This document shows positions 53,824 through 64,000 of a stretch of DNA of 64,000 bases, piece by piece (positions within the stretch are counted from its first letter, which is position 1; the number at the start of each line of letters is the position of its first letter). Below the pieces are notes generated by a model, which was not told where the DNA came from, ran no database searches, and saw nothing but the letters and a program-made list of their open reading frames with translations. The stretch is taken from assembly GCA_937625935.1 (NCBI GenBank), contig OW569361.1, forward strand, positions 124,001-188,000. Reading direction: 5' to 3'. Made by a program: the position numbers and the translations under genes. This DNA comes from Tetramitus jugosus. Taxonomy: Eukaryota; Protista; Heterolobosea.

Positions 53824-56523
53824 ATGATGATCAACGACAACAGCAACAACCAAAACCAAAACCAAAACCAGCAATTCTTACTAGCCACACAATTTTTCAA
53901 TGCTGTCAAACAACGCAATGTCTCACTGGCGAGTCAAATTGTTGATCAATGGAAAGTGCATCGATCACCAGCGTATCTCCTGCAATCTTCATTGGGCAAT
54001 ATGAAACTGTTGGGTCGATGCAACGTTCTTCACATTTCTGTCATGTTGAGTGATCTGCCCATGATTCACTTTTTATTGGAAAATGTGCTTGGTGTTCCTC
54101 GCGCTCTATTGAAAACAAAAACATGTTCTACTGCTGTTGCATCGAGTCATGACGAACAAATCACACAAGAACAGAGACAAATCATTTTAGAGTTGTTGCA
54201 ATGCAAGAGCAGTATCAATCAGAGAACACCGTTTCATATCGCAGCCAGTTTAACACAGAGTCAAAACATTTTTCTATCAAACAATGAATTATTGATGACT
54301 GTTGAGCAACAGCAACAATCACAGGAAGAACAAGAAGGAAATGAAGCAATTGACATGTTACCTAGTCATTTGGAACAACATGCTGAACAATTGGAGAACA
54401 ATGATAGTTTACCCATTTTGATGATTTTGTTGAATTTGATTGTGAGCGTGACATCATCGAATGATGACAAGGCGATGAAGAGTGAGAATAGTGGTGTTGA
54501 TCGATACTCTTTGTTGAACATGGTGGATGAAGAAGGCATGACACCGATTCTATCTGCAATCATGGCTCATTCACCTGTTCATGTTATTGATGCGATGATT
54601 CACTATGGATGTGATATTAACACGAGAGACAGCAATGGGAGAAATGCACTTCATTTGGCCATTATTCGAAATCATTATTACTTGGTAAAGTATCTGCTGA
54701 AGTACATGGAGCGTATGGAGCAGCATGTGCCTCTTGAAGAACGACCCAAGAACCTCTTGCGGATCGATGAACGAGACACTATCGATGGATACAATGCACT
54801 GCACTTGGCAGCTCAGGTCGGAAGTTCTCGAATTGCTGAACAGTTGATCATTAGTCCGTTGAACGAGACGCTGGAATCGTTGCTCTTGTCTAATTCGTTG
54901 AATGGAAAAACTCCCTATCATATCGCAGTCGATGAACAAAAAATGGAAGTTGCCGCACTGATTAGTCAGGTGTTGCCACCAAAGGTTGTCGAAGAGATGA
55001 ATCGGATTATTGATAGACGCAATAGTGCAGAGAGCGAGGAGTATAATCAAAATGACACTGTTGAACAAGTTAGTAACGATGAAACAAATGCCGGAACGAG
55101 CGAAAATGATACTAGCATGCAAGAAAATGACAAACTGACCGTGACTCAAGAATCAATTGAGCATGGTGATGAGCGTAAACATATGGAAGACACCCATGAA
55201 GATAAGAGAGATTCTGGCTCCTTCATGTTAAATTATTTCTCATCAATCAAGCAAACGCTATCGGATACTTATAAGAAGACAAAGAGAGTGAGCCAGTCCG
55301 AACCGCCACGCATTGGAAAAATCAATGCTGATACCAAGAAGGACAAGATCAAAAAGACTCACTTTGATATGGACCATGATGGAATTACCGAGTATGTGAA
55401 ATCCTTGGGCTACCCCTGTGAACGCCATCATGTCATGACTGATGATGGCTATGTAATATACATGTACAGAATTCCATATGGAAAATCAGCAAATCTGTTG
55501 AATATACCTCAGCTGCCAATCTCAACGGTGGAACAACCTCAAAAAAAGAGACCAGTCGTGTACTTACAGCATGGTGTGTGCAATTCTAGTTCTACATGGG
55601 TAGTTACAGGAGAGAGTCAAGGATTGGCATTCATACTAGCGATGAACGGATTCGATGTTTGGATGGGTAACAACCGCGGTACCCAATTCGGAAGGATCCA
55701 TTCAAAGCTAGATCACAATAGCCCTGATTTTTGGAAGTTCAGTTGGGATCAGATGGCCAAGTATGATCTACCTGCTCAAATTAATTATGTTCTCCAAACA
55801 ACAGGCGCCACTACGCTGAGCTATATCGGCCATAGTCAGGGAACAGCCCAGGCATTTGCTGCATTCTCAACCAATGAGGATCTTCAATCCAAAGTCAACT
55901 TATTTATCGCATTGGCACCTGTTGTTTGTCTGAAGCATCAATCAAGTCAAATCTTCAAGATATTGGCCAGTTTGAAGACAGAAACCTTAATCACAATGCT
56001 GGGGATTGGAGAAATAGCTCAAACACAAATATCTAGGTCATTGCTTCCTGCTCTGGCAGCCAAACTTATTGGAACAACTGGATTTAATGATCTCTGGTCT
56101 TTGTTCATGGACTGTGATATTGATCACGCTGCATTACCCATACTAACACAGTACGAGCCTAGCCCTACATCATCTCAAAACTTGGCTCATTGGTCTCAGT
56201 TGGTTCGAAGTGGTACCTTCCACGCATTTGACTATGGCGAAGCAGAAAACCTGAAATTATATGGCCAAGCAACACCACAGATCTATGATTTGAAGAGTAT
56301 CCACATTCCAGTTGCAGCCTTTTACGGAGACTTGGATTACTTAGCGAATCCGATCGATATCGAATCATTCCTGCTTAAAGAACTACCAAACGTTGTGAAA
56401 GCGAAAAAAATTGAAAACTTTAAGCACAACGACTTTGTCTGGGGTCGAAATGCCTGGGAGAAAGTTTACCATGATGTTGTGGAGTTACTGATGAACGTGT
56501 CATCGACACCCACTTCAGAATAA
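53824..56523 (+). CDS. Ankyrin-repeat + acid-lipase (abhydrolase lipase) fusion
   Basis: TPFH.AA, GMTPI..A, GRNALHLA and GKTPYH ankyrin repeats; GYP.E.H.V.TDDGY, LQHG, GFDVWMGNNRG, YDLPA, GHSQG, D.LA and H.DF lipase motifs. Confidence 0.92.
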   Translation: MMINDNSNNQNQNQNQQFLLATQFFNAVKQRNVSLASQIVDQWKVHRSPAYLLQSSLGNMKLLGRCNVLHISVMLSDLPMIHFLLENVLGVPRALLKTKTCSTAVASSHDEQITQEQRQIILELLQCKSSINQRTPFHIAASLTQSQNIFLSNNELLMTVEQQQQSQEEQEGNEAIDMLPSHLEQHAEQLENNDSLPILMILLNLIVSVTSSNDDKAMKSENSGVDRYSLLNMVDEEGMTPILSAIMAHSPVHVIDAMIHYGCDINTRDSNGRNALHLAIIRNHYYLVKYLLKYMERMEQHVPLEERPKNLLRIDERDTIDGYNALHLAAQVGSSRIAEQLIISPLNETLESLLLSNSLNGKTPYHIAVDEQKMEVAALISQVLPPKVVEEMNRIIDRRNSAESEEYNQNDTVEQVSNDETNAGTSENDTSMQENDKLTVTQESIEHGDERKHMEDTHEDKRDSGSFMLNYFSSIKQTLSDTYKKTKRVSQSEPPRIGKINADTKKDKIKKTHFDMDHDGITEYVKSLGYPCERHHVMTDDGYVIYMYRIPYGKSANLLNIPQLPISTVEQPQKKRPVVYLQHGVCNSSSTWVVTGESQGLAFILAMNGFDVWMGNNRGTQFGRIHSKLDHNSPDFWKFSWDQMAKYDLPAQINYVLQTTGATTLSYIGHSQGTAQAFAAFSTNEDLQSKVNLFIALAPVVCLKHQSSQIFKILASLKTETLITMLGIGEIAQTQISRSLLPALAAKLIGTTGFNDLWSLFMDCDIDHAALPILTQYEPSPTSSQNLAHWSQLVRSGTFHAFDYGEAENLKLYGQATPQIYDLKSIHIPVAAFYGDLDYLANPIDIESFLLKELPNVVKAKKIENFKHNDFVWGRNAWEKVYHDVVELLMNVSSTPTSE

Positions 56524-56786
56524 ACAAACATATGATCGTAGCAACCGTTACGAAACCTTACACGTCTCCACTCATGACAAATTTAGAGTTGAGCCACCAC
56601 TTATCCTGGATGTATTCGAGTTCAATATCAAAATTGTTTCATGCACGATCGTAATTTACTTTTCATCGGGATCAACAATCTCGTTGAAGTCAACCAACGT
56701 TCAACCAACAGCAAATTGAAAAGCTTCAAAAATTGCAAAATTTTCACCCAACAAAAGATATCAAACCGCCACAAATATCATCAAAC

Positions 56787-57434
56787 ATGAGTAAGATTTC
56801 CGGAGACGACCTGCGTGCATCTATTAGAAACGTCCTTGCTGAAAAGGAAGCAAGAAAGTTTATCCAAACTGTTGACTTGCAAATCAAGTTGAAGAACTAC
56901 GACCCTGCAAAGGACAAGAGATTCTCAGGTACCGTCAAGTTGCCAAATGAGATGAGAAACAACTTTACCGTCTGTATTTTGGGTGACCACAGCCATTGCG
57001 AAAAGGCAAAGGAGGCTGGTCTTCCATTCAAGACTGTTGAAGAGTTGAAGTCCATGAACAAGAACAAGAAGTTGGTCAGAAAGCTTGCTAACTCTTATCA
57101 CGCTTTCTTGGCTTCTGACTCTTTGATCAGAAAGCTTCCAAGAATCTTGGGTCCTGGTTTGTCCAAGGCCGGTAAGTTCCCAACTGTCTTGGGTGCAAGT
57201 GAAGACCTCAAGCCAAAGATTGAAGAATTGAAGAGAACCGTCAAGTTCCAATTGAAGAAGGAAATCAATTTGGCTATCCCTGTTGGTCACGTCAACCAAG
57301 ACGAAGATCAATTGGTTCACAACATTATCACTGCTTTGAACTTTTTGGTCTCCTTGTTGAAGAAGCACTGGCAAAACATTGGTAGCGTCACCATTAAGAG
57401 CACCATGGGTAAGCCACAAAGAGTCTACCCATAA
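56787..57434 (+). CDS. RPL10A: 60S ribosomal protein L10a (uL1)
   Basis: LKNYDP.KDKRFSG, LNKNKKLV-like segment, PRILGPGL.KAGKFP, VKFQLKK and KSTMG; strong codon bias. Confidence 0.98.
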   Translation: MSKISGDDLRASIRNVLAEKEARKFIQTVDLQIKLKNYDPAKDKRFSGTVKLPNEMRNNFTVCILGDHSHCEKAKEAGLPFKTVEELKSMNKNKKLVRKLANSYHAFLASDSLIRKLPRILGPGLSKAGKFPTVLGASEDLKPKIEELKRTVKFQLKKEINLAIPVGHVNQDEDQLVHNIITALNFLVSLLKKHWQNIGSVTIKSTMGKPQRVYP

Positions 57435-57827
57435 GTCGTTTTAATGACTTGCAAACATTCACGTTCACCATTGTACGGGAACTTGTTCCTGTATGATGGA
57501 AGTTTCGCATAAATTACTCATGTTACCACAGTTTTGTTGTTCCATCCTTTATCAAACCGTTTGTGGACGCTCTTGGTCTGAAACTATAATAATAAGGTGC
57601 CAAAGAAATAAGACTGCAGTGTCATGGTTGCGCTAGATCAATATTTTATTTGTACAGTATGTTTTCTCAACTTTGTTGCTGCTGCTTGCTTCTGTGCGTG
57701 ATCAATCCATGGATACATAAATGTACAAGTTAGAGATTGATAAAAGAATGTTGTCAGTACACCCTGGGTGAATGCAAAACAAGTAATAATAATAATAATA
57801 GCAGATGCTAACAAACAATAGCAATAC

Positions 57828-58088
57828 TCACATGTCTTGTATCAGCGAAATATTGTCTCCCTTGAGCATAATTCTTCCAATCTTTTTCCTCTCCTGATTC
57901 TTCTTCATCAAAATCTCATCCGCTTCATCCAACACCAAATTCATGTACTCGTCAAAACCAATCAATCGACCCTCAATGCGAATATCCGTGTTCTCATAGA
58001 GCCAAACAAGCACTCTGGATTCACCTTGGAGGAAGTTGAATACCTGAGTAATAGGATTGGTCATAACCTTTTGAATCTTTCTCGACAT
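57828..58088 (-). CDS. SNRPE: Small nuclear ribonucleoprotein SmE
   Basis: [12 protein letters not shown]...VWLYE...[16 protein letters not shown]...[10 protein letters not shown]. Confidence 0.96.
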   Translation of the reverse strand: MSRKIQKVMTNPITQVFNFLQGESRVLVWLYENTDIRIEGRLIGFDEYMNLVLDEADEILMKKNQERKKIGRIMLKGDNISLIQDM

Positions 58089-58225
58089 TGCTGTTTGATG
58101 ATTGTTGTTACTTTTGGGTGAAGATGATCTTGTTTGGTTTTGTTCTTGCAAAACGGGGAAGAAAACTTCACGATTCTGGTTGAACAGGAAAAAAAAGTTT
58201 CAAGTGTCGTGAAGGAAAGAAGAGC

Positions 58226-59458
58226 TTATCCTTTAATCTCATTGTCAATTTGTGGTGTTGGTTGAATGATCACGTGGTCCCACTTGGCTTCCAATGAGTG
58301 TGGGTCATGTGTCACTTGGTCACAATTCCGGTAAAAGTAATGCACAGCGCCATTCTTCTCTCCGATAATAATTGTCTGAGAACGAGTGACCCAGGACAAC
58401 TCTTTTCCCCAATAGTTTACAAAAATGTTGTTGAACGAGTGCAGAGAAATCCGTTCGTCGTCCAACTGAATCTGTGTCATGTTCTCAATATCTTTGCACC
58501 GTTCTGGCAACATTGTTTCGTCGTACTCTGGATCAATTTTACGACTGTTCAGGATTTGACCCAAGCGGTCTCTTAGTTCGATCAATGGCATAATACGAGC
58601 TTCTTCTTTTTGCTGCTCATCTTGTTCCTTTTGAGCCATCTTGTCCACCAGTTGATGCAACTGCTGTTTCATATAGTTTACCTTGATCCATGACTCGTCA
58701 TTGAGATACGAGTTGGACACACAGTACACACCACCGTTTCCATTCGTTGTTGTGCTCCCACCCGTCAATCGCTTTACAGTTGTGCGCTGAGGAATCTTTG
58801 GCCAGGTCTTTCCCTCTTCAAACACACGATTGCTCATGTAATACATCATATGATTCATGTTGCCTTTGCTCGTTTGCTTCTCACTATGATGATCACCTCC
58901 ACTTCCATTCTTTGTCATTCCCATTGTTGTTGTTGGAACCACTGACGAGTTCTCTTGACCATCCGGCTGATTCACTGATCGTGCCACAAATGGGTGAACA
59001 CCCAGAATCGACCTCACATTTCCACAAATGAGATTAAAACCACGATATCCATGCAACCAACGCTCATCATCATTCAAATACCTCTCATAGAACTCTGAAC
59101 TACACGTCTCTTGCTCACTCAGATGCAACAATTGATTGATAATGGCACCTCTTGGTTTGTGTCTGTGTGGAATTCCAACGACAGGAGCACCATCAAACGA
59201 CGGTGACGAAGAAGATGATCCATATTCAATCGAATGGGGATCATCATCCACATTGGTCAACACAGCAATAGACCCAGTAAGCGTATTATAGCCACACCAC
59301 GTTCCTCCACCTTGTAGATCACGTGCACAGAGCACACCAGTCTTGGCATCGAGTGTAATGGTTTGTTCAGCAGGCCGGAACGGATTTTCATCTCGATTGT
59401 CAATCAAGATGAATGGATATTCGTCACAAGAATTCAATAAGAGTCCCAGAATGCACAT
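58226..59458 (-). CDS. TANGO2: TANGO2 / NRDE family protein
   Basis: MCI start, NRDE, RDLQGGGTW, VLTN, GFNL, SN..L...W.K and TRSQT. Confidence 0.9.
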   Translation of the reverse strand: MCILGLLLNSCDEYPFILIDNRDENPFRPAEQTITLDAKTGVLCARDLQGGGTWCGYNTLTGSIAVLTNVDDDPHSIEYGSSSSSPSFDGAPVVGIPHRHKPRGAIINQLLHLSEQETCSSEFYERYLNDDERWLHGYRGFNLICGNVRSILGVHPFVARSVNQPDGQENSSVVPTTTMGMTKNGSGGDHHSEKQTSKGNMNHMMYYMSNRVFEEGKTWPKIPQRTTVKRLTGGSTTTNGNGGVYCVSNSYLNDESWIKVNYMKQQLHQLVDKMAQKEQDEQQKEEARIMPLIELRDRLGQILNSRKIDPEYDETMLPERCKDIENMTQIQLDDERISLHSFNNIFVNYWGKELSWVTRSQTIIIGEKNGAVHYFYRNCDQVTHDPHSLEAKWDHVIIQPTPQIDNEIKG

Positions 59459-59600
59459 TACACTTTGGCTTTTGATGTTTGTTGTTTTAGCGAACTTTGA
59501 ACTGTTCGAAAACTTTTAAAAAGCTCGATCCGGAAGAATGAGAGCGGGAACATTGGAGAATAGAACTGGGAAGAATAAAAGAGTTTTATGCGAAGATCTC

Positions 59601-61733
59601 TTAGACACGTCGCTTTGTTCGAATAATGAAGCGTTCCCGTTCAATGGCAGGAAACTCTTCAAAGTAGTCATCTTCATAAATGGTTTCCACAATTGTGGTA
59701 CCAGAGCAATCTGTTGAGAGACGTTCAATGTGATCCACGACAAATGAATCACCTAACAGACTGTCCACATGCTTTTGAACAATGGCAGACACTTCGTTCA
59801 GTGGCGCCTTTGCATAAATCTTGGTTCGAATGGTCTTTGGTTGAGCGTTTGGCGATTGAATCTCCAAAAAGATGGTCGTGTTTGGTGGGTGCACGGGAGG
59901 TGCTGGCACGAACGCCACTGGGGTTTGTTGCTGGTAATGGCCCATTGTTGTGTGATGAGCTACCATCAGATTGTTCATGTGAGCAAAATTGGAGGGCAGT
60001 GCTGTGATTGACACTTGCTGTGGAACGAGAGGAGGGGCTTGCACATGATTCGATACATGTTCAGGAAGAGATAGTGGTGGTGATACCATTGCAGACTCAT
60101 GATTGGATACCTGATTTACTTGTGGCGCAGGAGAGACTGTTCTATCCTCTATCTTTTGTTTTTTGGTGGGTGGTGAATGGACTGAGCTGTCCGTAGAGGA
60201 TGCTTCTTCCTGGGACGACAACAATAGTGCTTCAGATGCTTTTCTGTGTCTGCCACACTTGCGATAACACTTGTTGCACACTCGAGATTGATTGTTTCCC
60301 CGAGCATCGGGAAACAACTGCTTATAGAACCGTTCCAGAGTCACAAACAAGTATTTGCTTCCAGCTAGATTTCCACTGCAACAAGCACACACTGAATTGT
60401 CAAAAGTCTCAGCATTTGTTGCTTTCACGCTGTTGCTATGATGGTGAGAATGATCCTTTTTTGACCGCGATTCACTCACAAGCGGTACCGCTTCCACAGC
60501 CACATGTTCCTCCTCTGAATCATCATCATCATCTCCTTCTTCACGTTCCACCTCTTCGTTCCCCTCTTCATCATCTTCTTCATCATCATCATCAAAATGC
60601 TCGTTTCTAACATAGGCAATCAACTCATTACTGTTGTAATCTTCGTGATCCGTCGTTGCATTGGAATGAATAGAGTCTTGACTGGATACTGGCGACTCCA
60701 AAACTCGTTTTGATCCTAATACTATCCGTATCGGTGTTCTTGTCGTCGCTGCCGTTGTTGTTGTTGTTTTTGGATTGACTGGAGAGTGTTTTGGCCGATT
60801 CTTATTCGTACTTGTTGTTGTATTTGCAGAAGAAGTTGAATTCGATGATGGTCTCTTCTTGATCAACACTGGATTCATTGTCGTATTGTTATTACTACTA
60901 CTACTACTGCTATTGTCATTGACAGCACTACTTGATTTTTTCTTTGATGAGGAGGAAGATGATTGCTTTGATGATGATGAAGAACTATTAATACTACTAC
61001 TACCACTACCATTGGATGATGATGATGATGTTGTTGGAGGTGTTGTTGTTGACAGTGATAATTGTTCCTCCAATTTTTTCCGCTTCTCCTCACTCTTCTC
61101 CAATCTCTTACGATAGGAATAACACTTTTTGTAGCATTGAGTACAAACGATTCCAGGTGATCCATCATACGTCGGATACAATTGTTTATATTGTTCGACA
61201 AATGAAGAAGCAGCATATCCCTTTCCTTCGGCAACATTCTTGCACAAGATGCACAAACGATTCGATGGCGCTGTTGCTGTTGTTGATGACGATGATGATG
61301 GTGAACTAGTAGTATTATGATTACCATTTGTTTGATTGGTGTTGTTTGTAGTTGCTGATGATGATGATGTAGTTGTTGCCTTGTTTGAAGAGCTTCGATG
61401 ATGCTGATGATGATGTGAAGAATGGTGTGTTGCTGCTGCATGGGAAGTGCCATTTTCAGAGGCATGATTCACCTTTTGTTGCTGATGGTGGTTCTTGGAA
61501 GATGAGTTTGCATGAGTTTGATCATTGATCTGATTATGATGTTGTTGTTGTGATGCTATAGTAGCAGTAGCAGAGCTATTGCCATTACTGCTGCTGCTAC
61601 TGTTCATTGGTGATCGTTTCAAGTAAGTGTGTATGGAGGGTTGTTGTGTAGAGTGATCATCAGAAAAGGATTGGTCCCGATCACCCTTTTTCTTTGGCAT
61701 GGTGGATGGAGGGTGCTTGGCGTTGGCATGCAT
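59601..61733 (-). CDS. Low-complexity nuclear-type protein with two C4 zinc-binding repeats and a small C-terminal globular domain
   Basis: CILC...YKQLYP...VCTQCYKKC and CACC...YKQLFP...VCNKCYRKC; NLS-like PTKKQK. Start uncertain (ATG 61733 or 61700). Confidence 0.75.
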   Translation of the reverse strand: MHANAKHPPSTMPKKKGDRDQSFSDDHSTQQPSIHTYLKRSPMNSSSSSNGNSSATATIASQQQHHNQINDQTHANSSSKNHHQQQKVNHASENGTSHAAATHHSSHHHQHHRSSSNKATTTSSSSATTNNTNQTNGNHNTTSSPSSSSSTTATAPSNRLCILCKNVAEGKGYAASSFVEQYKQLYPTYDGSPGIVCTQCYKKCYSYRKRLEKSEEKRKKLEEQLSLSTTTPPTTSSSSSNGSGSSSINSSSSSSKQSSSSSSKKKSSSAVNDNSSSSSSNNNTTMNPVLIKKRPSSNSTSSANTTTSTNKNRPKHSPVNPKTTTTTAATTRTPIRIVLGSKRVLESPVSSQDSIHSNATTDHEDYNSNELIAYVRNEHFDDDDEEDDEEGNEEVEREEGDDDDDSEEEHVAVEAVPLVSESRSKKDHSHHHSNSVKATNAETFDNSVCACCSGNLAGSKYLFVTLERFYKQLFPDARGNNQSRVCNKCYRKCGRHRKASEALLLSSQEEASSTDSSVHSPPTKKQKIEDRTVSPAPQVNQVSNHESAMVSPPLSLPEHVSNHVQAPPLVPQQVSITALPSNFAHMNNLMVAHHTTMGHYQQQTPVAFVPAPPVHPPNTTIFLEIQSPNAQPKTIRTKIYAKAPLNEVSAIVQKHVDSLLGDSFVVDHIERLSTDCSGTTIVETIYEDDYFEEFPAIERERFIIRTKRRV

Positions 61734-61881
61734 GTTGTTTGATGTTGCTCTAGCTTTTTTTTTTGACTTGCTCAAAAAAAGTCATGGCGCGCAATTATTC
61801 GTGAAAAAACCGGAACTCGTCAAATTTACAGGAACTCACGAGAAGTTTCGTGGTTCGACGGGTTTTATGTGAGTCATTTAC

Positions 61882-64000
61882 TTACTGTTGGCGCGGAATG
61901 AAGGAGTGACACCGCATGAGTACCTTGTGAACTTCTGATCGGATTTGATTCTGCTTGTCAATTGTTTGCATGATCAGATCGCAGAAGAGCGGATAAAACT
62001 CGACAATGTACTGGTTGAACAACTCTTGTGAAAAGTTGGCAAATCCATCCAAACCAAGCACAATCACAGGTATCAGAGCATCTGTTTCCTTTGGATTAAT
62101 AAAGCTGCCAAAGTGTGGCTCCTTTTCATCCTCTGTCAGGTTGCAAACACCAACTTGATAGAGAAATCTGCGAAGGATTTGATTCAACAGAGGCAATAGC
62201 AGTGTGTGCGCCAGTTGTACTCTATCTTGATACTCTTCTCTCTGGTCTGCGATCATTCTGAATAGAGTGTTGAAGTACAGTGTAAGAGCCTTGATCTCCT
62301 GGGTAATGAACTCTGTTAGAGGAACAGATACAGATACATGGGCCTTGAGGAATGTGGAGAACACTTGCGACGTATTCAAGTTACGTGCTGACTCGTACGA
62401 GGTGAACAATGACAGCAAAAACTTTTTTGCATGCCTAGTTTCCATGTTTGTGTAGTGGGCAGCTAAAATATCATTACATGTATCAAGAAGCAATATTTGA
62501 GCTCGGCATTGAATGGTAATGCATGTCAAAAAGTTTGCATCTTGATAGGTTGAGGTTGACACTGAGGATGATTGGAAAAAGTTAGATGCAGCATCCATGA
62601 TAATAGTCGATTGACCGATGTAATCACAAATCAAATCCCAATGCTCACTTGTGAATCTATTTCCAGTGTTTGTGACCAATTGGTGAATACAACCATTACC
62701 AATCTGACATAAAATATCAGTAGGCTTTTCTCTCTTAAAGCAAGCACAGATGATTTGCATCACATCTTTCAGCATAAATGAAATAGTATCAAAGTATTCT
62801 ACAAACAAGTCGACGAGACAAAACATTGCCTTGTGACAAGTAGTTCTAATCCATTCGCTATCTGCGAACGTTTTTTCCTGTGCTCCCGCGAATTGCATTG
62901 ATAATCGGGCTGTTGTTGGTGACGAGGGTACCTTTTCTTGAGAAGATGGAGAAGTGATTTCAGTAAATATTGGGAACAACACATCATTGAAGATCATGCT
63001 CCAGAAACCACTTGAAAACAATTTTCCAGTCTCCTTCAAAAGTTTAAATAGCGTTTCAATTGATCGAATTCTCATTTCGATACGAGACTCACTGGCACTA
63101 CTGCTTAATTGCAACAGAATTGGTCTCCAAATCTGAGCATGGATCTCAATCTTCTCACTGAATCGTACTTTCTCTGGTTCATCTTCGATAGGTTCAAGTG
63201 GAATAACTTTGGAGGACACAATTTGCTTAGCGCAACAATCAGTCAGCAGCTCGATTGAGCGCAATGCGATCTGTGGTAGCAGCTGTTGCTTTGCAAATGC
63301 GCACAAACATGAAACGCAAGATACAAACGCGTGATTCTTGCAAACAAAGCTAAAGCAAGGCTCCTTCAAAATATTGACGGTAAATTCAAAACCGAGCTGA
63401 ATGATATGGGCCGACTCTGTATACTTCTTTCGAGGCTGGCTCTTTTGAGCAATATTTGGAATGATTCTGTTTGCCCATGAGAGAGTGTGCAAGATCAGAT
63501 GCCATCCACATTCGATGTTTCTGAAGAACTTCATTGCCAAATTACCAATACATTCGATAATTAATTCTCGAATAAGATTGTTATCGCTTTGTTGGATGAT
63601 CTCGTGGAATGGTTTCAAATAGTTTTCTTGGAACCTTTCATCTTGAGCCAACGAATCACATTCGAGTATGTTTGCTGCTAATTGACGTAGTGAGTCAATC
63701 ACATCCATACTCTTTCCAGTGTTTTCACCAGTACCAAACTTCATGTAATGAGCAAACAAGCAGCTCTTCCACAATGGAGGCCAAACGGCTCTAAATCGTG
63801 CATAGCGGTCCTTTGGTACTAAATTGAGAGAAACTGTTTCAACCAGACGTCCTAAGCTGTACTTTCTTGATTCCTCTTCACTCAACTCTCTATCTGATAT
63901 CTTGCAAATCGCTTCTGCGAAATACAAAAAGGCATCGTGGCTCAGTTTAACAGAGTTGGAGAAGACAGCGTCAATCATTGGCGTTTTCACATTCTTTCGG
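61882..64000 (-). CDS. Sec7/BIG-type ARF-GEF, C-terminal HDS region (5' part outside the window)
   Basis: ID.VF.NS.KLS..A...F, YSL.RLVE, IDSLRQLA, FQ...LKPF, IRELIIEC, GW, R.E.R.R....LF..L, FW..IF..VLFPIF and EWI.TT. Confidence 0.9.
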   Translation of the reverse strand, partial: RKNVKTPMIDAVFSNSVKLSHDAFLYFAEAICKISDRELSEEESRKYSLGRLVETVSLNLVPKDRYARFRAVWPPLWKSCLFAHYMKFGTGENTGKSMDVIDSLRQLAANILECDSLAQDERFQENYLKPFHEIIQQSDNNLIRELIIECIGNLAMKFFRNIECGWHLILHTLSWANRIIPNIAQKSQPRKKYTESAHIIQLGFEFTVNILKEPCFSFVCKNHAFVSCVSCLCAFAKQQLLPQIALRSIELLTDCCAKQIVSSKVIPLEPIEDEPEKVRFSEKIEIHAQIWRPILLQLSSSASESRIEMRIRSIETLFKLLKETGKLFSSGFWSMIFNDVLFPIFTEITSPSSQEKVPSSPTTARLSMQFAGAQEKTFADSEWIRTTCHKAMFCLVDLFVEYFDTISFMLKDVMQIICACFKREKPTDILCQIGNGCIHQLVTNTGNRFTSEHWDLICDYIGQSTIIMDAASNFFQSSSVSTSTYQDANFLTCITIQCRAQILLLDTCNDILAAHYTNMETRHAKKFLLSLFTSYESARNLNTSQVFSTFLKAHVSVSVPLTEFITQEIKALTLYFNTLFRMIADQREEYQDRVQLAHTLLLPLLNQILRRFLYQVGVCNLTEDEKEPHFGSFINPKETDALIPVIVLGLDGFANFSQELFNQYIVEFYPLFCDLIMQTIDKQNQIRSEVHKVLMRCHSFIPRQQ

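Noticed and set aside
1425-58088. Apparent clustering of RNA-metabolism genes (EF1A, PAN2, XRN, LSm3, ZCCHC8-like, RPL10A, SmE)
   Set aside because: They are interspersed with unrelated genes on both strands; cannot be distinguished from chance without genome-wide statistics.
60500-61620. CAT/GAT/CTA/GTT trinucleotide runs
   Set aside because: They encode ordinary homopolymeric S/H/T/D tracts, common across this window.

Overview
Gene-dense, intron-poor eukaryotic nuclear DNA in the standard genetic code, with short GT-AG introns and very short intergenic gaps. The style and the EF1A sequence suggest a free-living protist, probably a heterolobosean (Naegleria-like) amoeba; this is inference. 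About 28 host genes are present, including nicalin, a divergent EF1A, PAN2, a Grx-UBX fusion, PAP2, an XRN-like nuclease, PPT, a multi-BRCT protein, Bet1, a FAM13-like RhoGAP, a peroxisomal hotdog thioesterase, LSm3, a ZCCHC8-like protein, a BBE-like oxidase, F-box proteins, an ankyrin-lipase fusion, RPL10A, SmE, TANGO2 and the Sec7/BIG C-terminus, plus 3 tRNAs. Two accessory islands interrupt them. The first (~19.5-28 kb) holds a decayed Mutator-like ORF followed by a CpG-poor piggyBac-like transposase with extra CXC, Zn-finger and barrel-like domains. The second (~36.1-40.3 kb) is a fragment mosaic upstream of tRNA-Thr: a variable F-box/LRR array, a MULE remnant, captured gene pieces and an RRM-like remnant starting ~50 bp from the tRNA. 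The most notable items are the EF1A paralog with an altered aminoacyl pocket, the domain-augmented piggyBac, the modular LRR array, the possible tRNA-targeted insertion and a wobble-containing hairpin just after the RPL10A stop. All protein calls come from motif recognition by eye; no database searches were run.
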